Assembly (NCBI GenBank): GCA_036840065.1
Contig: DAITZZ010000006.1
Coordinates: 8,465-72,464, forward strand
Source: a bacterium
GTDB lineage: Bacteria > Bacteroidota > Ignavibacteria > Kapaibacteriales > Kapaibacteriaceae
DNA length: 64,000 nt
Direction of reading: 5' to 3'
Made by a program: the position numbers and the translations under genes. The notes below the pieces were generated by a model that saw only the letters and a program-made list of their open reading frames with translations, searched no databases and was not told where the DNA came from. Every line of letters begins with the position of its first letter. Position 1 is the first letter of the stretch. This document shows, one piece after another, positions 29,507 to 38,200 of this stretch.

Positions 29507-32500
29507 CTATCTGGTGATGGTGATAACCTTCGACACCGTAGTGCCCCCAGCCGTCAGCTTGCAGAAGTATGCTCCGCTTGGCACCTCGGTGCCATTGTTG
29601 GATCTTCCATCCCAGCCCAAAACGTATCGTTGAGACACTCCCTCTACGACATCATCGTAGAGCAGAATCACAGGCCGGCCTAATGCATCGATGATTTCTA
29701 AGCGCACCAGGGACCGATTCGGGCATTTGAATGACAGAACGATGCTTCCTGACGACGGATTGGGGTGAGGCTCGTCCATTGCAACATCACCATCGTTGCC
29801 CCTTGGGACGGAAACAACGCCAGAGTATGCAACTCCCGAACCCGCCTCAATCTGCCGGAGTCGATACTCAAATGCGCTATCGACTGACGCGCTCACATCC
29901 CTAAAGCTGTAGTCCATTTGCTGCGCAGATGTGCCTTTGCCGGAGACAAAACCAATTTCGCTCCATGGACGCGTCTTGCTCTGGTGGTGATCAGCGCAAG
30001 ACAGACCACGTGCACGAACATCCAGAATAGTTGCACTATCCGTTGGGCGACGGTCGATGAGGAATCCGGCATTGTTCAGCTCGGATTCCGTTTGCCAGAA
30101 GAGATCCACGGCTGCGCCTCGGCGGCGAGCGTCGAAGGCTGAGAGGACGACTGGCACGAAACACGACCACGAGTAACGCCGCGGGCGTGGTCCAAAGTAC
30201 GGCCGTATCATGGGAATCCACGACCCCTGAGTAAATGTCTCAAAACCTCTCACTGTTCCCTTGATGTCCAGATGCGGCAACAGTGGTGTGCCGCCGGTTG
30301 GCGCAAACCAATCAACAGTACCACTCGGACTCGACCTCAGATTTGCAAACAGCTGGTCATTAATCATAGTCCCGCTTCGCAGACGTCGACGAAGGTTTCT
30401 GTCTGCATAGAGCGAAAGACAGCTGTCCTTGCCCGAACCCGCTTCGGTTACCATCGTTGTCACCATTCCCATGCGGTCAGCCGATGCTCCGAGCTCAATA
30501 CCCCTTTCCGTTAGCTGACGGACACTGATCCAATACCGACCTCTGTTAAGCTTTAACGGCTTCGGCAGCTTGTAGGTGATGTTTCGTCCGAACTGTGGGC
30601 TACTTCCCGGTACGAGATCATCCATGCCGCGGAGTCTTACGATCGCGGAGCCGGGCACATCAACCAGGATCTGTTCTCCTGTCTCCATCTTGAGGCTGAT
30701 CTCAACCGGGTCGGGATTGCTGTTCAATTCTCCCCATAGCATCTGATAGCCGAGGATCGAATCGCTCGCAACGATGGTAAAGCACGCTGCAATGCGATTG
30801 CCGGGAGCATTGAGCCCCTTGCCAGCGATACCAGAGAACTGAGGCAGCGGAACGTGATTGATCGCGCTGTCGGCATCGTACTCATACGCCAGAACGCTAC
30901 CATGATTAATGACAACTCGCGTGCATGTGGAGTCATTTGCTGAATCAGCATCACTATCGGGAAAGAACAGCTTGGCGGAAATCGTGTACGCTCCTGGTGG
31001 CAAATCATCGAATCTGGCATCGGGAGACGGAAGTAAAACACTTGACATGGCTCGAAGAGTAGGAATTGTTATCGGGCGGAAATAGACGCAATTAATCCGA
31101 TCAAGATCCGAGCCATCGGGGTCACGAGTAATCCGCACGGCTACGGAAAATGACGGAGAGGCAACAGTGCTCAGATTCGAAAGTTGGAATCGAACAGGAA
31201 CGCTTCCTAGTTGAGTAGGGGGGGCCATGGTATAGGGGTGATGCAACCGAATCGAGCTCATCTCTATATCGGGGATCTCCTGCGTATACAGCACCTTAAC
31301 ATTGTCGATGAAGAAGTCGTCATTATCATCTTCGGGACCACCAGCAATCCCATGATTGAGGCAATGTGTCCGAAGACGAAAGCGGAAGTTGCGCGCCCCT
31401 TGCGCCGACCACCTAAACACCGTATCGGGAATTGGAATGAAAAGCTTCCGAAACTCAATGTCTTTACCTTCATCGTACAGATCAGGCATCAATCCCGTTC
31501 GACCCGACACGGGGTCGCTCGAGAGCTGGCGATTGTAGTCCTGGGAGTCAAATCCACGGGCATTCCCGCCCCCTCCCCAGATCTGAAATGGTTGCATGTA
31601 CTCTGCACGTCGGCCTTGGTAGTCAAGAACCCACTGCTGTACGTTGGTGATCCCGGTAACGCTATCGTCTGAAGGCCTAGCAAACTCTACAAGAAGTTTA
31701 TCCGGCTCGCGGTAGGTTTTCATTTCACCGTAAGACGTCAGCATGGCAACGCGATGTTCTGGTCCTATCAGACGCAGGTCACTAAAGCCCCTATCGGTCT
31801 TGGCACCTTTGCCCGTACGATGGTACGAGATCGATAACACAGCGCCTTTCTTCCCAAGAAGGTCTATCGGAAACGACCTCAGCTCGTCACCGCCATACTG
31901 ACCGGGCTTCGGGATTTCAGAGCCGTCATGATGTACGCGGTTCATGCGAATGACTGGTGAGTTCAACACAAATTCTGAACGATTTGCACATCTACTTGTG
32001 CCAATCGGCGGTGGGGCTAGGTAGGTAGTTCGATCACCATCGACTACTTCAGCGCCGATATTCACCCAACGAAGCGGTGATGGAATGGCCACTGAATCGA
32101 GAAGGTGAAAGCCGTCACCGGTCTCTGCTAACGTCGACAGTCGGACGAGAGCATGCAGCTTCGCCGCAATAGTATCGTCAAAAGGCCACCTGTCATCAAT
32201 AGGTGCACTTTCGCTGGTAAGAGCCTCTACAGAAACCTTCGTTAAGAGGGTTCCTACATGCTTTGCGTTTAGGGGATTGGGTTCAAATGCTGGGAACACG
32301 ACCTTGACATACTCATATGGCAGAACGGATCGTCCTGACGGCTCGTATGGTCTATTCGTACCATCAGCGTTAGCGCGAAAAGTCTGGGAAATGTTCGTGT
32401 CGCGAAGTGTCGCGTCGGTAACAACCTTCGAGACATCGTAGACGAGGTCACCGGACGAGGCGTTCAGGATACGGCATCGCACACGCATCTGTATACCCTG

Positions 32501-34090
32501 GCGCTGATAATTGACGCCAGCCGGTCCCTGAATGTCATTTGAAAGGCTCTGTACGAGCGCAACGGGTTGTAACGGACCGAGGCGTTCGTCGCCGGCCAGA
32601 ACCTCATAGCCATCGACGGACCCGGAAGGCACAATTGTAGAGTAGGCAAGGCTCGAGCCTGCCCGTTGGGAGCGGACCCGGTAAGAAACACTGACTGCAC
32701 GAACCATATTACGATGCTGCGCAAATCGCACAGCTAGCCGGTCCGATGGAAAATCACGGCCAAGCGGTGATGCTCCTGAAGGCGTCACGGCAGAGGTTGC
32801 ATCGGTATCGATGTTGTGTAGATACACAGTGCTCTGTACGTACTTCGGAACCGAATAATCAAGCACCGATAAGGCCGGTACTGATGAAGGGAATCCTGCC
32901 CAGTCGAGACGCCGTGCCGCACCGATCACCCCCACGGTTGAGTTGCATCGCATCCAGACATTTGCAGGATATGAGGTGGCTGAGAGTCTCGGGGCTGTTC
33001 CTGCAAAACGATCATACTGGACTGTCACAGAGCTGTCGGCCCCGTTCAGTGTCACCTGGACAGAAAACCGATAATGTTCACCAAACCCCGGCCGATTGTT
33101 AGCAGCAAAGGCGACCTCGGAGATGGGCTGGTTACCGATACGGGCTCGTTTCAAACCGATCGGCGTGAGATTCACAAAGTAAATCACGATTCGGTCACTG
33201 TTCGGAACACGCTTGTAATACACGCGGGAAAAGTCATCAACGCTCAGATCAGCCCCATTCACGACAGAAACCTGCAAGTCATCCCACGCCGGAGCGACTA
33301 CCTGTGGGAGGATTGATCCCCATACGGCACTGAGTCCATTGCTGTCGAGCCTGAGATTCTGCTTTGTTCGAATTCCTGCTTTCGGGCTCGATGGTGAGCC
33401 TGCACATGCTACGGCCGTGTAACCCCACGAGTCGTCCGTGGCATCTGACATTCCGTCCCCACTGCGATGGCGCGGATCATCGGACTGTGAATCGTAGGCA
33501 GAAAGAACACCTGTGCTGGCAAGACGAAGCTCCCGTGAAAGCAGGGCACCATTCACGTCAGTACGGTAGTGATAGCGTCTGTTCGAGAAAGCAATCAGGC
33601 CATTGGTGGAGATATAGAAAGAATCCTGCCGAACGCCGTTGAAACTGAATGGGAACCCAATGGCAATAGGTCCGGCAAAGGCATCATCAGTTGAATCCTT
33701 CAGGTCGCCCGGATTGCGGAAAAATGCCATGCCTCCATATGCATTTCGTCTCTGATCAGACCAAAACGAAGCATCGTATTGATTTGGTCCCGAAACGATT
33801 CGTTTCCAGGAACCTCGGTCGTTAAGCGTATCCTCAAACTCATTTGCCGAGGGCTTCCAAGGGTCTGATATGGCTTCGTCCGAATCGACGAAGTAATACC
33901 CTGATGAAACAGCCACGGCCTCACGATTATTGGCACCTGACCCGACAAAAGGCTGCGGATACGTCGAGGCTGCTGCATGTGTGTGACTTCGTCGCTGGGC
34001 AATGGCTACATCGTTCTGCTTCTCCTGCGCAGTAACGGTGTTGATATAAGAACACAACGCTACGAGATAGACAACGGCGGACTGTTTCAT
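29507..34090 (-). CDS. giant secreted protein of unknown function, T9SS type-A cargo (paralogue 1, about 1527 aa)
   Basis: Start at ATG 34090 (MKQSAVVYLVALCSYINTVTAQ) with GGAGGA 4 nt upstream. The C-terminal tail is HPNPSSGSIVLSF...SGAYFCKLTAGG...ITITR. A NIDO-like block GFPFSFNGVRQDSFYISTNGLIAF and a jelly-roll-like block ARNFRFRLR...DDFFIDNVKV are present. It is colinear with the 35237-39964 protein. Confidence 0.85.
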   Translation of the reverse strand: MKQSAVVYLVALCSYINTVTAQEKQNDVAIAQRRSHTHAAASTYPQPFVGSGANNREAVAVSSGYYFVDSDEAISDPWKPSANEFEDTLNDRGSWKRIVSGPNQYDASFWSDQRRNAYGGMAFFRNPGDLKDSTDDAFAGPIAIGFPFSFNGVRQDSFYISTNGLIAFSNRRYHYRTDVNGALLSRELRLASTGVLSAYDSQSDDPRHRSGDGMSDATDDSWGYTAVACAGSPSSPKAGIRTKQNLRLDSNGLSAVWGSILPQVVAPAWDDLQVSVVNGADLSVDDFSRVYYKRVPNSDRIVIYFVNLTPIGLKRARIGNQPISEVAFAANNRPGFGEHYRFSVQVTLNGADSSVTVQYDRFAGTAPRLSATSYPANVWMRCNSTVGVIGAARRLDWAGFPSSVPALSVLDYSVPKYVQSTVYLHNIDTDATSAVTPSGASPLGRDFPSDRLAVRFAQHRNMVRAVSVSYRVRSQRAGSSLAYSTIVPSGSVDGYEVLAGDERLGPLQPVALVQSLSNDIQGPAGVNYQRQGIQMRVRCRILNASSGDLVYDVSKVVTDATLRDTNISQTFRANADGTNRPYEPSGRSVLPYEYVKVVFPAFEPNPLNAKHVGTLLTKVSVEALTSESAPIDDRWPFDDTIAAKLHALVRLSTLAETGDGFHLLDSVAIPSPLRWVNIGAEVVDGDRTTYLAPPPIGTSRCANRSEFVLNSPVIRMNRVHHDGSEIPKPGQYGGDELRSFPIDLLGKKGAVLSISYHRTGKGAKTDRGFSDLRLIGPEHRVAMLTSYGEMKTYREPDKLLVEFARPSDDSVTGITNVQQWVLDYQGRRAEYMQPFQIWGGGGNARGFDSQDYNRQLSSDPVSGRTGLMPDLYDEGKDIEFRKLFIPIPDTVFRWSAQGARNFRFRLRTHCLNHGIAGGPEDDNDDFFIDNVKVLYTQEIPDIEMSSIRLHHPYTMAPPTQLGSVPVRFQLSNLSTVASPSFSVAVRITRDPDGSDLDRINCVYFRPITIPTLRAMSSVLLPSPDARFDDLPPGAYTISAKLFFPDSDADSANDSTCTRVVINHGSVLAYEYDADSAINHVPLPQFSGIAGKGLNAPGNRIAACFTIVASDSILGYQMLWGELNSNPDPVEISLKMETGEQILVDVPGSAIVRLRGMDDLVPGSSPQFGRNITYKLPKPLKLNRGRYWISVRQLTERGIELGASADRMGMVTTMVTEAGSGKDSCLSLYADRNLRRRLRSGTMINDQLFANLRSSPSGTVDWFAPTGGTPLLPHLDIKGTVRGFETFTQGSWIPMIRPYFGPRPRRYSWSCFVPVVLSAFDARRRGAAVDLFWQTESELNNAGFLIDRRPTDSATILDVRARGLSCADHHQSKTRPWSEIGFVSGKGTSAQQMDYSFRDVSASVDSAFEYRLRQIEAGSGVAYSGVVSVPRGNDGDVAMDEPHPNPSSGSIVLSFKCPNRSLVRLEIIDALGRPVILLYDDVVEGVSQRYVLGWDGRSNNGTEVPSGAYFCKLTAGGTTVSKVITITR

Positions 34091-34181
34091 AGTGTCCTCC
34101 ATAAAACAGCTATTGTACATCGCAGGTTACTATGGCCCTGCTGCTAACAGCTAAACATAGGCAATAATGTTACACTCGCGC

Positions 34182-34281
34182 CTCCTACCCTGCCATCTGA
34201 GCGCGGACAACATCGTGCAGACGGATGACGCCAACAAGCTCTGAACCATTGATAACCGGGAGCACGCCGATGGCGCGGTGG
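34182..34281. repeat. 100-bp direct repeat, copy B (functional 3' end of kpsF)
   Basis: Identical to 29378-29477. It starts 3 nt beyond the kpsF stop codon. Confidence 0.95.
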
Positions 34282-35159
34282 GGTGACTCCATGAGCATGA
34301 GTGCTTCGTGCAACGAGGCAGAAGAGGCAACCGTCGTCGGTGCTGCCGTCATGACGCTATCGACAGTCACGGAAGCGAAATCAACACCTCGCTCGACGAG
34401 ACGTCGAACGTCTCCATCGGTGAGAATGCCACAGATGTGCGTGCCGTCACGAACAACGCAAACGATGCCCAAAGCATGACGATCAAGCTCGTGGATGGCC
34501 GCATCCAATGTCGAGCCTGAAACGATGGAAGGCAACCCTGCTCCACTATGCATATGGTCCTTCACCTGCCGTCCAAGAAGTGAACCGATCGATCCGTGAG
34601 GATGCGTGCGCGCCAGCACATCCATTGATTCCGGCCGACGGTGAGCGATGGACATCACGAGCAGGTCGGCAACGATCAATGACGTAGTCGTGCTTGCCGT
34701 CGGCAGAATATTCATCCGATCATACTCACGGTCGATTGGCGCAACGAGGCGTATGTGCGCCCTATTGGAGAGGGTTGTTTCCCGACGTGAGGTCACCGAA
34801 AGCAATGTCACGCCCTCTTCCTTCAGAGCGTCCAGGAGACTGACGAGTTCGGCCGTCTCACCGCTCTTGGAGAACATCACCACTGCAGTTCCCTTTTGCA
34901 CAACACCAAGGTCGCCATGAAGTGCATCGGCGCTATGCATGAACGAAGCCTGAAGTCCAAGACTGGCAAGCGATGCAGCGAATTTGCGAGCGACGAAGCC
35001 GGACTTCCCTACTCCCGTAGCCACAACAGTACTGGCACTCGTGAGCGCATCGACGGCACGGTCAAACTCTTCGTTGATCTCCTTCTCAAGGAGATCAAGG
35101 GCATTGCGCTGCAGTTGCAACGCATCGACAACATCCTGCGGCAGGGGGCGAGCATTCAT
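34185..35159 (-). CDS. kpsF: KpsF/GutQ family arabinose-5-phosphate isomerase
   Basis: 324 aa with a SIS domain (GVGKSGFVARKFAASL, FSKSGET) followed by two CBS domains. Confidence 0.88.
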   Translation of the reverse strand: MNARPLPQDVVDALQLQRNALDLLEKEINEEFDRAVDALTSASTVVATGVGKSGFVARKFAASLASLGLQASFMHSADALHGDLGVVQKGTAVVMFSKSGETAELVSLLDALKEEGVTLLSVTSRRETTLSNRAHIRLVAPIDREYDRMNILPTASTTTSLIVADLLVMSIAHRRPESMDVLARTHPHGSIGSLLGRQVKDHMHSGAGLPSIVSGSTLDAAIHELDRHALGIVCVVRDGTHICGILTDGDVRRLVERGVDFASVTVDSVMTAAPTTVASSASLHEALMLMESPHRAIGVLPVINGSELVGVIRLHDVVRAQMAG

Positions 35160-35175
35160 ATCTGCGAATATCTGT

Positions 35176-35212
35176 AGAAAAAGAAAAGCCCCCGACGTAG
35201 AACGTCAGGGGC
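35176..35212 (-). terminator. rho-independent terminator after giant paralogue 2
   Basis: Minus-strand stem GCCCCUGACG / CGUCGGGGGC (one G-U pair), a 5-nt loop, then UUUUCUUUUU. It begins 25 nt after the stop at 35237. Confidence 0.75.
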
Positions 35213-35236
35213 TTTGGAATTTCCGGCTGGAAATGC

Positions 35237-38200
35237 TTAGCGCACGATGGTCAGCGTCTTCGACAAGATCGTCTCACCGACGGTGAGCTTGTACATGTAC
35301 GAACCGCTGGCAACGTCGACGCCATCTTCGCCACGACCATCCCACTCAACAGCGTATGCTGTTGATTGACCGGCTACGACATTGTCGTACACATTCTTGA
35401 CAACATTGCCCATGAGGTCAAACACTTGAAGCTTGACGCGTGAGCTTTGAGGAACCGTGAATGTGAACGTTGTCTTGCCATTCGATGGGTTTGGATAGCT
35501 ATTGTCGAGCGCGACACTTGCATTGTTACCGAACTCAACGTCGACAACATTGGAGAAGTTGTTCGCGCCACTTGCGTCGACCTGACGCAGACGGTACTGA
35601 TACGAAACTCCAGTTGTGACATCAGCATCAAAGAACTTGTAATTCAACGTCGTGTTTGAGTTGCCAGATCCAGCAACAAAACCAACGTTCTTCCAAGGAT
35701 TGTTTGCGTCTGTCGTGTTGTCGACGCAGGTAAACGATGCCTTGCCAGTTGTCAGGTTGTGTACTTCCTTGACCGCGCGGCGCTCCACATGGAAACCAAC
35801 GTTGTTCGTTTCCGATGCTGTTTCCCAGAAGAGGTCCACACCGGCAGAACGTCCCTTTGCATCAAAGAATGACAGCTCGACAGGGTTGGACTCACAGTTG
35901 ATAAACAGCGGAGGATTCGAGAACGAACGGTTTCCGAAGAACGGACGGATCAGCGGGATCCATGAACCACGTGTGAACGTAGCATAACCAAGGCTTCCAC
36001 CCATAGCGTCAAGATGCGGATAACCAGGGTTACCGATCGTTGGCGTGAATGGAACCCAGTCACCGCTGAAGCGCGTCATTTCATACGCGAAGCGGTTATC
36101 GTTCAGAAGAGATCCTGCACGATTGCGCACGCGGAAGTTCTTGTCGATAAGAAGTGAGCGGTTACCGATACCGAACACAGGAACGTCTGAGTACAGCGTC
36201 GTCACCATGCCCATACGTGTTTCCGAGGCACCGAGTTCGTAGCCTTCCGTACCCATCTGAGCAACCGATGCCCAATATTCACCCGGTGGGATGACTACTG
36301 GTGTAGCGAGCAGATACGTGACATACTTACCGAACTGAGGCTCGGTGAATGCGCCCGTTTCGTCTTCGCCACGGCGACGCAGAATCGTAGAGTTCGCGAT
36401 ACGTTCGTCACCAGGAACACCGCCCTGATCACGATACAGCGAGAACGAGATGTTCAGAACGTCTTGGTTGAGTTCTGCCCAGAAAGCCTGGTAACCAGCA
36501 AGCGTGTCCTGAGAGTAGAGTGTAAAGCGCATTGCCAGCTGACCCGAGGAGTTACCGGCATCGGCACCATACATCTGCGCACCGGCAAGCGGATTCGGGA
36601 ACGTGCCCCACGTTGAACCTGCCGTGTATTGCTGGTTAGGACCCGTCAGCAACGACTGCCACGACGAGCCGTTAGCACCGGCAGAGAATCCACCGTGATT
36701 CAGACCCTTACCCGTAACACCTGAGAACTGAATCTTCGGCACGTCGTTCGCTGGATTCGCAGGATTCGTTTCATAGGCAAACGCAGGACCAAACGTCATG
36801 CGGAACATCGTGAACGTCGAATCGTTCAGGGTGTCAAGATCGTTACCCGGGAAGAAGATGCGACCCGTGATCTTGTAGTTGCCCGGCGTCGTCGTACGGA
36901 AGTTCGCGTCTGGGAATGGCAGGATCACTTCGCGGTTTCCGGCAAGTGTCGGAACCGTAATGGAACGACAGTAGATCTGCTGCGATTCGTTTCCATCTGG
37001 CTTAATCCAGAGCTTAACCGAGAATGCCGGAGCGGCAATATTCGTGTTGTTCGAAAGCTTAACACGAATCGGAACGCGTGTTGCCTGCGAGGCCGGTGCC
37101 ATGGTGTAAGGCCAGATCAGCTGGATATTGCTGAACTCGATATCGGTGACTTCGTCCGGGAAGAGAAGCTTCACGTTATCGATGTAGAAGTTGTCTTCGT
37201 CGTCAGACGGAGCCGGAGGAATCGAATTCATCACGCAGCTTGCGCGAAGGCGGAAGCGGAAGTTACGAGCACCTTCATTGACCCAGCGAAGCACGGTGTC
37301 AGGAATTGGGATCGTGACCTTGTAGTATTCAGCATCCTTACCATCGTCGAACAGATCCTCACGCAGACCTCCAAGTGGCGGCGTCGTGGTGTTCGTCAGC
37401 TGGAGGTTGTAATCGGCAATGTCAAAACCACGAGCAAAGCCACCACCACCCCAGACCTGGAACGGCTGGAGATACTGCGTTCCGCGACCCATGTAGTCAA
37501 GGGTCCACGTCTGGATGTTTGTGATGTTAGTCAGACCGTCAAACGATGGACGAGCGAACTCGACAAGCAGACGGTCAGGATTGCGGAAGCCAGGGGTGAA
37601 ACCATTGACAGCAAGCATGTTCACGCGGTGCTCTGGTCCAATCAGACGGTTATCCGAGAAACCACGACCAATGTTCGTGAGCCTACCGGAACGCTGATAG
37701 GAGATCGAAAGAACAGCGCGCTTGCGACGGACAAGGTTGATTGGGAACGAACGAAGCTCGTCACCACCGTATTGACCGATGACCGGGATATCAACGTTTG
37801 CCAGATTGAGGCGGTTCATTCGAATGACCGGTGACTTCAGACGGAAGATGTCTGAATTCGCAGCGGCATACTCACCGCGCGGAGGAGGAGGATTATTGGT
37901 GACTTCGTCACCGTCCACAACCTCAGATTCGATGTTCACCCACTTGAGAACAGAAGGCATCGCAGCCCCACCAATGAGGTGGTACTCGTTGACGTCGTCC
38001 GAGAACGACGTCAGACGGCGCATCGAGAAAATGCGGATGCTCGTCGTGTCGTCAAAAGGCCACTGATCACCAATCGGCTGATTGATCGAGTCCTTTGGTT
38101 CGGCAATAACTGTCGTCAGAAGACGACCGATCTGATCGTCGATGAACGGATTCGGCTCGAATGGAGGGAAGATCACCTTGATGAACTCGTAAGGGAGCAC

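Noticed and set aside
29421-29633. 70-aa ORF sharing its first 19 residues (MTPTSSEPLITGSTPMARW) with the ORF at 34225-34479
   Set aside because: The shared peptide is simply the + strand reading of the 100-bp DNA repeat, antisense to kpsF. It is useful as a pointer to the repeat but is not a gene.
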